NCBI GenBank assembly: GCA_965279375.1
Contig: OZ257156.1
Location: forward strand, 2,624,001 to 2,688,000
Length of the DNA: 64,000 nt
Origin: Gemmatimonas sp.
GTDB taxonomy: Bacteria > Gemmatimonadota > Gemmatimonadetes > Gemmatimonadales > Gemmatimonadaceae
Reading direction: 5' to 3'
This document shows, piece after piece, positions 28,961 to 39,023 of the stretch (position 1 is the first letter of the stretch; every line of letters starts with the position of its first letter). Below the pieces are notes generated by a model. The model had not been told where the DNA came from. It did not search any database and worked only from the letters and a program-made list of their open reading frames with translations. Made by a program: the position numbers and the translations under genes.

Positions 28961-30142
28961 CTAGTCAATCGCGCTCAGGAGAGCGCCCTTCAGATAGCCT
29001 GTTTCCGGAACTGTGACCAACTCCGGATGATCGAGCGGTTGTCCGGTGATGCCGCGCAACGTCAGACGACGGCCGCTGTCACTCGCCGCGTCTTGCAGCA
29101 TGTCGAGGAACATCGCACGCGACACATGGAAGCTGCAACTTGCAGTGAATAGCGTACCGCCCGGCGCCAGCAGCCGCATCGCCTGCAGATTGATGTCCTT
29201 GTAGCCGCGGCGCGCACCCTCGAGCGCGCCACGTGTTTTTGCGAACGCTGGAGGATCGACGACGATGGTGTCGAATCGGCGACCCTCACGATTCCATTCG
29301 CGCAAGACGTCGAATGCATCGCCTTCCAGCGCACTCACGTTCGTGAAGCCGTTGAGCGCCGCATGCGCTTCCACGCGCGCCAAGGCTGGCGCGGATACAT
29401 CGAGTGCGGTCACGTGCTGCGCGCGCTTCGCCATATGTAACGCGAAGGATCCGTGGTAGGCGAAGCAGTCCAGCGCCTCGCCGTAAGCGTGCGATCCGAT
29501 CAGCGCGCGGTTCTCGCGCTGATCGAGGAAGGCGCCGGTCTTCTGCCCATCCCATGGTGCGGCGATGTAGCGCACGTCGTGTTCGATGACTTCCACCGTG
29601 CGGGGAACGTCGCCGTAGAGCAGGCGCACCTCACGCGGCAAACCCTCCCGGCCGCGCGAGGCCGGATCGTTGCGCGCCAGAATGCCGTGTACGCCAGTGA
29701 TGTCCTGCAGGGCATCCACAATCTCCGAGGTCCACGCATCGAGCCCCGCCGACAGGATCTGCACGACTGCGTAGTCGCCATAGCGATCGATGACGAGCGA
29801 TGGCAATCCGTCGCCCTCGCCATGGACGATACGGTATGCATTGGCAACGTCCGCGACCGGTCGACGTCGCATGAACGCTTCGTAGATCTTCGTGTGCCAC
29901 CACTTGGCGTCGGGAACGCGCGCCGGACTCGCCTCTATGTGGCGGAGTGAAATTTCGGACGCCGGGCTCCAGAGCGCCCACCCCAACGGCTCGCCGCGCG
30001 CCGACTCGAGGCGCACAATCCCGGCCTCGGCCGACGGACGCGTGACGACATCGGAGCGAAAGATCCACGGATGTCCGCTCTTCAGTCGTTTCACGCCGCG
30101 CGGCGAGATCGTCGCCAGCGCATCCAGCACGCGAGCGCTCAT
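28961..30142 (-). CDS. RlmI-like class I SAM-dependent rRNA methyltransferase
   Basis: GHPWIF PUA domain, GQKTGAFLDQRENR, DPPAFAK, SCS, PETGYLK. Confidence 0.9.
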   Translation of the reverse strand: MSARVLDALATISPRGVKRLKSGHPWIFRSDVVTRPSAEAGIVRLESARGEPLGWALWSPASEISLRHIEASPARVPDAKWWHTKIYEAFMRRRPVADVANAYRIVHGEGDGLPSLVIDRYGDYAVVQILSAGLDAWTSEIVDALQDITGVHGILARNDPASRGREGLPREVRLLYGDVPRTVEVIEHDVRYIAAPWDGQKTGAFLDQRENRALIGSHAYGEALDCFAYHGSFALHMAKRAQHVTALDVSAPALARVEAHAALNGFTNVSALEGDAFDVLREWNREGRRFDTIVVDPPAFAKTRGALEGARRGYKDINLQAMRLLAPGGTLFTASCSFHVSRAMFLDMLQDAASDSGRRLTLRGITGQPLDHPELVTVPETGYLKGALLSAID

Positions 30143-31146
30143 CGGCGCGCCGCTTTCTTCACGTCGGCGATGGCACGCTCATGTTCCTCAAACGTATTGC
30201 GGAATTCGTGATGGCCATCGGGGTGCGCCACGAAGTAGAGAAACGTCACGTTGGCCGGATTGAGCGCCGCCACGATCGAGGCCTCGCCAGGAGACGCGAT
30301 CGGGCCAGGCGGCAGTCCAGCGTTGCGGTAGGTGTTGTACTTGGAATCCACCGCGAGGTCCTTGTAGTAGACGCGATCGACATGTTCAGGCAGCGCATAC
30401 TGTACCGTCGGATCGGCCTGCAGACGCATTCCCTTCTTGATGCGATTCCAGTAGACCGCTGCGATGATCGGGCGCTCTTCCGGCTTGCGCGCTTCCTTCT
30501 CGACAATGGCCGCCATCGCCATCGCATCGTTGCGCGAAATGGACATCGCCTGCAACCGCGCGTCCCATTCCGGCCTCCACACCGACTCGAATCGCTCGAG
30601 CATCGCCGTCACGGCTTCGCGCGCGGTGGTGCCTTCGGGGAAGCTGTACGTCGCGGGAAAGAGATAGCCTTCAAGCGTAGCGGTGGGCACGTTGAGCTTG
30701 CGCTTCCACGCCGTGTCGGCGGCGGCGGCACGAACGGAGTCCGCCGGTACATCCAGCGCTTTGGCGAGCAGCGGCGTGATCTCGCGGAGGTCGAAGCCTT
30801 CGGGGATCACGACAGTGTGCATCAACCCTTTGCCGCCCACCAACGCATCGAGAATCGACGCATATCCCTGCGACTCGGCGAACGCATATGTGCCGGGCTT
30901 GATCGCACGCTCTCGGCCGCTGAACGAGGCATACCAGCGAAAGAGCCGAGTGGAGCCGATGACGTGCGCGCCGGCGAGGGAGTCGGCGACGGCGCGAACG
31001 GATGCGCCTTTGGGAATCACGACGCGTGCTGCCGACGAGGAGCCGCTGCCTGCGATCTCACGCCAACTCCATGCGGCAGCGCTCAACACAATCAGCAGCC
31101 CAGCGAGGAGAATCCCGCGTCCGTTTCCTCTGCGACGGCGTGCCAT
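30139..31146 (-). CDS. mltG: Endolytic transglycosylase
   Basis: N-terminal TM, LEGYLFPATY, IVEKE, LQADPTVQY, YNTYRNAGLPPGPI. Confidence 0.95.
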   Translation of the reverse strand: MARRRRGNGRGILLAGLLIVLSAAAWSWREIAGSGSSSAARVVIPKGASVRAVADSLAGAHVIGSTRLFRWYASFSGRERAIKPGTYAFAESQGYASILDALVGGKGLMHTVVIPEGFDLREITPLLAKALDVPADSVRAAAADTAWKRKLNVPTATLEGYLFPATYSFPEGTTAREAVTAMLERFESVWRPEWDARLQAMSISRNDAMAMAAIVEKEARKPEERPIIAAVYWNRIKKGMRLQADPTVQYALPEHVDRVYYKDLAVDSKYNTYRNAGLPPGPIASPGEASIVAALNPANVTFLYFVAHPDGHHEFRNTFEEHERAIADVKKAARR

Positions 31147-31156
31147 CAGCCGAGCC

Positions 31157-31623
31157 TCACGAGGCGGCGGGTTCCGCAGAGACGAGTTCGCCCACGTCGG
31201 TGCCCTGCGCGCTCGCGCGCAGGAAACCTTCGAGCAGGAACGCCGCGGCCAGGGCGTCGACATCGTCTTTGCGGCCGCGCGTTGAGCCTCCCTGTTCACG
31301 AATCGAGCGCAGGGCAGCGGAGGTGGTGAAGCGTTCGTCGAGAAGCCGTACGGGCAACGACTGACGCGACGCCAATTTCGCGGCGACGTCGCGCACTTCA
31401 GCGCAACGCGCCGTTTCGTTGCCGGCAGGATCGATCGGCAGGCCGAACACGTACCCGGTGACGTGCAGGGCATCGGCCTGCCGCATCAACTCTGCAATGG
31501 GCGGACGCTTGCCAGCGCGTCGCGTGATCGTGCCAGCCGGCGTGGCAAGCATGCCCAACTCGTCGCTGACGGCGAGCCCGACGCGTTTGTCGCCCCAGTC
31601 GACAGCGAGCAATCGACCGACGC

Positions 31624-31627
<4 letters not shown>
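31157..31627 (-). CDS. ruvX: Holliday junction resolvase-like / pre-16S rRNA nuclease YqgF
   Basis: [27 protein letters not shown]. Confidence 0.93.
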
Positions 31628-32877
<1,250 letters not shown>

Positions 32878-32951
32878 GACGCAGGAGGAGTTGAAGGTGC
32901 CCGGCGATGACGCGGTCGCGCCGCGTGTGGCGCAGGTAGAACCTATCCAAG

Positions 32952-32988
32952 CGAGAGGCGGGGCGCCGTGGCGACGCCCCGCCTCTCG
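32952..32988 (-). terminator. GC-rich hairpin between tRNA-Arg and rho
   Basis: 14-bp perfect stem cgagaggcggggcg/cgccccgcctctcg with no long U tract. Confidence 0.5.
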
Positions 32989-33006
32989 AAGGTCAGACTG
33001 AAAAAA

Positions 33007-33080
33007 TGCGCGAGACAGGAGTCGAACCTGCGACCTACGCCTTCGGAGGGCGTCGCTCTATCCAGCTGAGCTACTCGCGC
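33007..33080 (-). tRNA. tRNA-Arg(CCG)
   Basis: Cloverleaf; anticodon arm ACGCC-CT CCG AA-GGCGT; GTTCGA T-loop; no encoded CCA. Confidence 0.96.
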
Positions 33081-33153
33081 GTCGACATACGCCGTGCCGC
33101 ACCACGCCGCCACAACGGTACGGGGCAGCCGCGGTGCGCTGTCACCGTCTAAC

Positions 33154-33969
33154 CTAATCCGCAGACGACTCCAGCGGCAAGGAACCGAGCGCTGCTTCGG
33201 CGAGCGCGGCGCGGAACGCTTGTTCCACTGTGACGGACACCGTCCCGCCACGCAGCACCGTGATGCCGGAGCCCAGATAGCGTCGCAAGACCATCCCCAA
33301 TCCGTGGCCCGAGGGGAAGTCGAGCTGACCCGCCACCGAGTCGAGCGAGCGTCCGCGTTCGTCCAGCAGCCCGCCTGCCACGAGCAAGCGGCACCAGGTC
33401 AGGAAGACGCGCGGACGTGGAAGGCAGTGCTCGACCATCCGGTTCCGCAGTGTTCGCCGGGTCACCCCGAAGGTGGCCGCGACTTCATCGACGCTGAGCG
33501 ATTCGTGCGCGTGTTCGAGCGCAAACCGAAAAAGTGGGCGCACCGGATGCGCGATGAGTTCGCGCAAGCGATCGTCGAGTCGTCGCGCGGTGGAACGTTG
33601 TACAGCGGAGGCCAGCACGCGGGCCAAGACATGCTGCATGTCTTCGACGTCGCGCAGGATCAGCTCCGTGACGTCCGCCTGTGCGATATCGAGCAGGAGG
33701 CGTGACGGTGGCTGCCGCAGTTCGCACCACGCCACGATGGCGTGGGTCGGGGCCGCCGCGCGCAGCTGTCGAATGGTACGAAGCGACCCTTCCGTATCCG
33801 TCGCACCGATCGCCACCACCGTTGCATCGACTTCGCCGCGGAGCACGTGCACAATCGCCGGCGAGGCCTCCCGGAATTGCTGCACCTTCCCCTGTGCGCC
33901 GACGGCGGCCCGCAGACGAGCGGACAGCACAGGTGACTCCGGGATGCACGCGACAACGAAGCCGCTCAT
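33154..33969 (-). CDS. AraC-type HTH regulator with a receiver-like N-terminal domain
   Basis: LSVDEVAATFGVTRRTL and SLDSVAGQLDFPS double HTH; alternating alpha/beta N-terminus. Confidence 0.8.
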   Translation of the reverse strand: MSGFVVACIPESPVLSARLRAAVGAQGKVQQFREASPAIVHVLRGEVDATVVAIGATDTEGSLRTIRQLRAAAPTHAIVAWCELRQPPSRLLLDIAQADVTELILRDVEDMQHVLARVLASAVQRSTARRLDDRLRELIAHPVRPLFRFALEHAHESLSVDEVAATFGVTRRTLRNRMVEHCLPRPRVFLTWCRLLVAGGLLDERGRSLDSVAGQLDFPSGHGLGMVLRRYLGSGITVLRGGTVSVTVEQAFRAALAEAALGSLPLESSAD

Positions 33970-34006
33970 GTGCAGTTACGCAGCATGAACGGCCTCACGC
34001 CCGAGC

Positions 34007-34044
34007 TCGCTTCCCGTTTGGTGCGATTCTTTCCCAAGGCGAGA
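34007..34044 (+). promoter_or_regulatory. Candidate operator upstream of the small peptide gene
   Basis: ttcccgtttggtg and ttcccaaggcgag at a 20-bp period; 29/38 identical to the reverse complement of 35585-35622. Confidence 0.6.
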
Positions 34045-34102
34045 TGTTGGCGTGTTGGGTTCGCTTGTAGCGATGAGCACCCTCTCACTGGAGCTCGTTG
34101 CT

Positions 34103-34300
34103 ATGCCTGCTCGTCGCTTGCTGGTCGCTGCCGTTCTGTCCGCTTCCACGATCCTCGCCGCCTGCGATGGCGGACCGACCGCGATCAACTCTGCGTCCAC
34201 AATGCAAGACGGCGTCGGCGCGCGAAAGGATCAGATTCCTTGGCACCTGAAGGGCTGCGATTCTACCTCGACAGACGGGTCAAGCGGCGGATGCCCGTAA
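34103..34300 (+). CDS. Small lipoprotein / peptide precursor (65 aa)
   Basis: GGAG RBS at 34090; MPARRLLVAAVLSASTILAA-C lipobox signal; mature part contains KDQIPWH. Confidence 0.65.
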   Translation: MPARRLLVAAVLSASTILAACDGGPTAINSASTMQDGVGARKDQIPWHLKGCDSTSTDGSSGGCP

Positions 34301-35483
34301 TGAGCGCCTTGTCTCCGTACTGGGTTGAGTCGTCCGTCCAGGCGGACGGTGCGGGGACAGCGGGAGGTGTCGCCTTCTGCAGCGCATCCCGAAGTTCGTC
34401 GACCTTCATGGAAAGCTCGTGGAACGGACGCGATTCGATCAGCGCCTCGGTCCGGCGGAGGCGCTGCAGGGCGTTGGCCGTGTCGTGGAGCACATTCCAC
34501 GCGTCAGCGGCCGACAGGAAAAAGCTCGCCACCTCAAACGTGGTGTTGGCACGCGACGTCTCCTCGATAGCGGACGATTCGAGCGCCTCGACACGGGGCC
34601 GGTCGCCTAGCCGCGCGGCCGCGCGAACCGCGCCGCCGTACGCCGGAAGGCGCACACGAACGACCGACGTGACGGTCAGTACATGCAGAAAGCCGTTCAG
34701 CGCCGCGTCCGGGAAGCCGGCGGTGAGTGCCGTGAGTGCAAGATTGGAAAGCAACATTGCACGCTCGTCACTCCCCTCCGGCGACAGATCGTACGCTCGC
34801 CAGCCGTGCAGCAACGCATCGGCCAAACGCGTTTCGGAGATGGCGGCGTTCATCAAACCCTGATGCGCCGATCGCTCCGTTATGCCGCCAGGATGCGCGC
34901 GCTTCAACGCGCGCCCATACAGAAGCCGCTCGTCCGGTCGGTTGCCTCGCATGCGCGCCAGAGCGCCCAAGCCGAGCAGTCCTAACGATTCGAGGGGACC
35001 GTCCCGTTTACGTGATCCTTCGCGGACCACGCTCTCGTAGCAATCGCTTGCGGTGTGAAGGTCGCCGAGCTGGCGCGCGATGCGCCCCAGATGCGCCGTC
35101 GCCACCATGCGGGTGACGACATCGGTCCCCGCCGTGAGCCGACAGACTGCCGCAACGGTCGTGAAGGCCAGCTCGAAACATCCGGCTCGCTCCATCGCCT
35201 CTGCCTCCACGCGCAAGCGCTCCGCGGTGACGGCCATCGGATCGACCGGACCATCCTGCGCGTCGTGCACCAGTGTCGGGCGTACCGACAGCGGAGGGAG
35301 CAAGTTCGTCTCGACCGACGTCAAATAGCCGGCGCGGTGAACTGCCGGCATCGACGAAAGCCGTTCCGCCGCCTGCGCGACGGCCAGCCAGTGCCCCAGC
35401 AATGGCTGCTCTTCCCGGTCAACCGACGAAACGGCCGCCGCATCACGGGAAAACGCAGCCAGGGCAGGGAGCGGATTACGCAT
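34263..35483 (-). CDS. Cytoplasmic TPR-like alpha-helical repeat protein
   Basis: Repeated LGxxAxxxGxxxxAxxxY-type helices (HLGRIARQLGDLHTASDCY, LGALARMRGNRPDERLLY, NLALTALTAGFPDAALNGF); no signal peptide. Confidence 0.7.
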   Translation of the reverse strand: MRNPLPALAAFSRDAAAVSSVDREEQPLLGHWLAVAQAAERLSSMPAVHRAGYLTSVETNLLPPLSVRPTLVHDAQDGPVDPMAVTAERLRVEAEAMERAGCFELAFTTVAAVCRLTAGTDVVTRMVATAHLGRIARQLGDLHTASDCYESVVREGSRKRDGPLESLGLLGLGALARMRGNRPDERLLYGRALKRAHPGGITERSAHQGLMNAAISETRLADALLHGWRAYDLSPEGSDERAMLLSNLALTALTAGFPDAALNGFLHVLTVTSVVRVRLPAYGGAVRAAARLGDRPRVEALESSAIEETSRANTTFEVASFFLSAADAWNVLHDTANALQRLRRTEALIESRPFHELSMKVDELRDALQKATPPAVPAPSAWTDDSTQYGDKALITGIRRLTRLSR

Positions 35484-35584
35484 AATTGAGCATTCCAATC
35501 AATACACTGTATTGCTCTGCATATGGCAGGGAGACTCGCGCCTTATTCATGAACGGAGACTAGCGGCCGAAAATCGGAGTGACC

Positions 35585-35622
35585 TCACGCCATGGGAAAT
35601 CACCGCACGCCATGGGAAGCGA
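35585..35622 (-). promoter_or_regulatory. Candidate operator upstream of the TPR gene
   Basis: Perfect 13-bp direct repeat cacgccatgggaa at 35586-35598 and 35606-35618. Confidence 0.65.
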
Positions 35623-35736
35623 TCGAGCTGCCTGCGCGCAGCCACCTCTCCAACCCTCGGACGCTTCCGGGGGGACGCTGCCCTTGCTACTCTTCCTCAG
35701 CGCGACCTTTCCTTGACCCTTCGCCAGGCCCGCCCG

Positions 35737-35919
35737 ATGCCATTCTTCAGTCACCCAGCCAACGCCGATTGGCTGCTCCCGCTGATCAAGATCCCGCTCG
35801 CGTTCATCTCCCTGATCTTCCAGGCGGTGTTCGCAGTGGGACCGTTCGGGCAGATCGCGTTCATCGCCATCGTGATTGCGCTGTTCACGCGCAACGTCAT
35901 GGGGCCGCATCGCGCCTGA
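35737..35919 (+). CDS. Small hydrophobic membrane protein (60 aa)
   Basis: Two hydrophobic segments, C/G-ending codon bias, followed by a strong hairpin. Confidence 0.6.
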   Translation: MPFFSHPANADWLLPLIKIPLAFISLIFQAVFAVGPFGQIAFIAIVIALFTRNVMGPHRA

Positions 35920-35945
35920 GTCCAGTCCGTTTCTTGGGCCAAGCC

Positions 35946-35979
35946 GACGCCCCGCCGCGCCTTGTCGCGGCGGGGCGTC
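35946..35979 (+). terminator. Stem-loop
   Basis: 14-bp perfect stem gacgccccgccgcg/cgcggcggggcgtc. Confidence 0.65.
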
Positions 35980-36098
35980 TTGCGTTCGAGCCCCCCGCAA
36001 GCAATCCAAGTGGTCGAGGCGGTCGTAAGAGAGCACAGCTCACCACGGTTCCTCTCCCCCTACGCTCTGCCAGATCCATGCATGCTCTCGGTAACTCC

Positions 36099-39023
36099 AT
36101 GGCCACGCTCCCGTTCGCTCACACGGCGACGCGGGTGATCTCGGCGACTCGTCGCATCGGCGTGCTTCTCGCCTGCAGCTCCGCACTGATCGCCACGGGT
36201 GGGTACGCGCAGACGCCCGGCGCGCAGAGCGCCGCGCCCGTTGTCTCGTCGCGCAGCGCGCAACAGCTCGCGCAGCTGTCCGGTGTCGTCCGAGCGCAGA
36301 CTGGACGACCGCTATCCGACGTCTCCCTTCGCGTGCTTGCTGGAGCAGCGCCGGCGACAGCGCGAAGCGATAGCGCGGGGCGATTCTCCCTCGCGATTCC
36401 ATCGGGCATGCGGCTCCGTCTGGTCGCGTCACAGGTGGGCTTCTCCGCAGAAACGCTGGACGTGCCAGCGCTGGTCGCCGGTAGCCGCCGCGACGTCGCG
36501 CTGACGCTCGCGCCACTGGCCCAGCTCGTGGTGCAACAGGTCATCGCGCAGCGCGATCGGCCGCTCCTCAATACGAGCGACGCCGCGACCGGCGGCGCCG
36601 TGGAGCGCGCAGAGTTGCGCGCCTTGCCAACCGACGCCCGCGATCCCATCGCCCTGGCCTACACGATCCCCGGTGTCGCTCAGGCCCGCGCGTTCTTTGG
36701 TGATGCGCCGCGACTGAGCATCAACGGCACGAATGCGCTCTACACCCAGTACACGCTCGATGGCCTCGAGAACAACGAAGGCTTCCTCGGCGGACCGCGC
36801 GTCGAGTTTCCACTGGCCGCGCTGCATCGCCTTGAAGTGCAAGCCAATACCTACACGGCCGCATCCGGTCGCAGCCCGAGCGGCGTGGTGAACTACGAGT
36901 CGCGGACGGGCGGCGAACGATGGAGCGGCGAGGTCTTCAGCTATCAGCGTCCAGGTTTGCCGCTCGACGCGCGACCGTCGATCGAGCCAAGCGGCGCGGC
37001 CCGAGCCGACTTCCGAAAGGCGCAGGAGGGGTTCCGCCGAGCACAGTACGGCGGCGCCTTCGGCGGACCGCTGGTGGCCAATAGGACGTATGTGTTCAGC
37101 GCGCTCGAGTACACCAACGAGAACGAGGATCGCATCAGCTCGACGGCGCGCGCCACATTCCTCGGACGCGAATTGCGCGAAACGTACAAGGGCTTCGCTC
37201 GACTGGATCACGGCTGGAACGATCGGCAAACCACGACCGCGCGCTTCGCGCTCAGCCGTCAGGCCCGCGCCGGAGAGGGCAGCGGCATCGTCGCCCCCGA
37301 AGCGGACATCACCACGATTCGTTTCGGTACGCTGTCCGCCCTAACCCACCGCAGCAGCTGGAACGCGGGGCGAGCGAGCAACAGCGCGTCGATTCAGCTC
37401 TCCACGTACAAGTGGGACTTCCCGCCGACGCGCAGCAGCTTCAGCGTTCCGCAGGTCACCATTCTCGATCGCGACAGTCTGCCGATCGGCGTCGTGGGCT
37501 CGAGCAATTTCATTTTCGACGAATCCGAACTGCAGTTCCAGTTTCGCGATGTCGTCGAGCGTCAGCTTGGTTCGCGTCACACGATGAGCGCTGGCGTGGA
37601 CGTCGCCTCATCACGCTTCAAGCTGACAGGGTCGTCCACCAACCCGTCTGGTTCGTACGAGGTCATCAACACGGGCAACATCCCGTCGAGCAACGGCCGC
37701 TATCGATACGCGGACATCCCGGCCAACGTCGTCGTGCGCAGCTACACCATCGACGCGGCGCAGAAGCAGGTCGATCTTACGCAGGCGCTGTACGGCGCTT
37801 TCATCGAGGACCGCTGGCGGCCGACGGCATCGCTCACCGTGCGCGCGGGCCTGCGCTGGGACTACGACGACCTGACGCGCCGTGGGGGCAGCACGGCCGA
37901 CTGGAAGAATGTGCAGCCGCGACTCTCGTTCAACTGGCTGCAAAACTCCGGCACCGTCGTGCGAGGCGGCGCGGGGCTCTTCGCCGGCAAGTTGCCGTAC
38001 GCCGTGTATTCGGATGCGGTGCAGTTCGGACCGAACGGCAATCAGACGGTGACCTTCCGCGGCGCGCAGGCGCCGGCTTTCGGGCAGGGTCCGCGAGCGG
38101 CCGCGCTCGACCGCAGCACGCTTCCCGCGCGAGAAGTCCGGCAGCTCTTCTCGCTCGGCATTCGGCAGCCGCTCAGCCGACAGTTTACGCTCGGCTACCA
38201 ACGGCAGTTCGGGGACCGTATCTCGTTGAGCCTTGATGGAGTATGGGTGGATACGCGTCGTTTGCCGCGGTCGTGGGACCTGAACGCACAATCGCGCACG
38301 ATCGGCCTTGCCGATACGGTCGGGCTCTCGACCAGCATCGGAGATGCATCGCGACCCCTCAAGCCGGTCGTCGGTGGATATCGTCGCCTCACCACGACAG
38401 AATCTGGTGGGCGGAGCACCTATGGAGGCCTCTACACGGCCATGCGCTATCGTGCAGCCGACCAACTGTTGATCGACGCCAACTGGACGTGGTCGCACGC
38501 CATCTCCAACACCGAAGACATCAACTTCAACGCGTCGGTCGGCAACGACTTCAATCTGGATCGGGCGGATGCCAACAATGATCGGCGGCACAAGGCCACG
38601 CTGCGCACGACGTGGACAGGCGTGCGGCATCTGATGCTGAGCGGAATCGTCGACGCACAGACGGGTACCCCGATCAATCGGGTGGCGTACTTTCGCGATC
38701 TGACGGGCGCGGGTGGTGCCTATGGCGATGGATTCATCGGCAACTATCAGCGATTTGCAGGAGTGCCGCGCAACGGCGAGCGGTTGCCCGCGGCGCTGTT
38801 CCTCAGCGCGAGCGCGGCGTACGATTTCACCGTGGGACATTCGACGCTCACCGCACGGGCCGACGTCTTCAACTTGCTGAATCGCGTGAACGCTTCCGGG
38901 TTTGCCACTGGCGTAGGTGGTGGAGGATCGGCGACGCAGGTCGGTCGCCCGGGTGACCCCGTCAGCTACACGACGGCGGGCGCGCCGCGCCAGCTCCAGC
39001 TGTCCGTGGGCGCGCGCTTTTGA
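36099..39023 (+). CDS. TonB-dependent receptor with a carboxypeptidase-regulatory-like N-domain
   Basis: Signal peptide, LSGVV..G.PL..V prealbumin-like domain, plug (YTLDGLENN, GVVN), DRW..AGLRWD and terminal VGARF. Confidence 0.9.
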   Translation: MATLPFAHTATRVISATRRIGVLLACSSALIATGGYAQTPGAQSAAPVVSSRSAQQLAQLSGVVRAQTGRPLSDVSLRVLAGAAPATARSDSAGRFSLAIPSGMRLRLVASQVGFSAETLDVPALVAGSRRDVALTLAPLAQLVVQQVIAQRDRPLLNTSDAATGGAVERAELRALPTDARDPIALAYTIPGVAQARAFFGDAPRLSINGTNALYTQYTLDGLENNEGFLGGPRVEFPLAALHRLEVQANTYTAASGRSPSGVVNYESRTGGERWSGEVFSYQRPGLPLDARPSIEPSGAARADFRKAQEGFRRAQYGGAFGGPLVANRTYVFSALEYTNENEDRISSTARATFLGRELRETYKGFARLDHGWNDRQTTTARFALSRQARAGEGSGIVAPEADITTIRFGTLSALTHRSSWNAGRASNSASIQLSTYKWDFPPTRSSFSVPQVTILDRDSLPIGVVGSSNFIFDESELQFQFRDVVERQLGSRHTMSAGVDVASSRFKLTGSSTNPSGSYEVINTGNIPSSNGRYRYADIPANVVVRSYTIDAAQKQVDLTQALYGAFIEDRWRPTASLTVRAGLRWDYDDLTRRGGSTADWKNVQPRLSFNWLQNSGTVVRGGAGLFAGKLPYAVYSDAVQFGPNGNQTVTFRGAQAPAFGQGPRAAALDRSTLPAREVRQLFSLGIRQPLSRQFTLGYQRQFGDRISLSLDGVWVDTRRLPRSWDLNAQSRTIGLADTVGLSTSIGDASRPLKPVVGGYRRLTTTESGGRSTYGGLYTAMRYRAADQLLIDANWTWSHAISNTEDINFNASVGNDFNLDRADANNDRRHKATLRTTWTGVRHLMLSGIVDAQTGTPINRVAYFRDLTGAGGAYGDGFIGNYQRFAGVPRNGERLPAALFLSASAAYDFTVGHSTLTARADVFNLLNRVNASGFATGVGGGGSATQVGRPGDPVSYTTAGAPRQLQLSVGARF

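Noticed and set aside
35980..36098. Possible riboswitch (TPP or cobalamin) before the TonB receptor
   Set aside because: No recognisable conserved cores by eye; an Infernal/Rfam scan would be needed.
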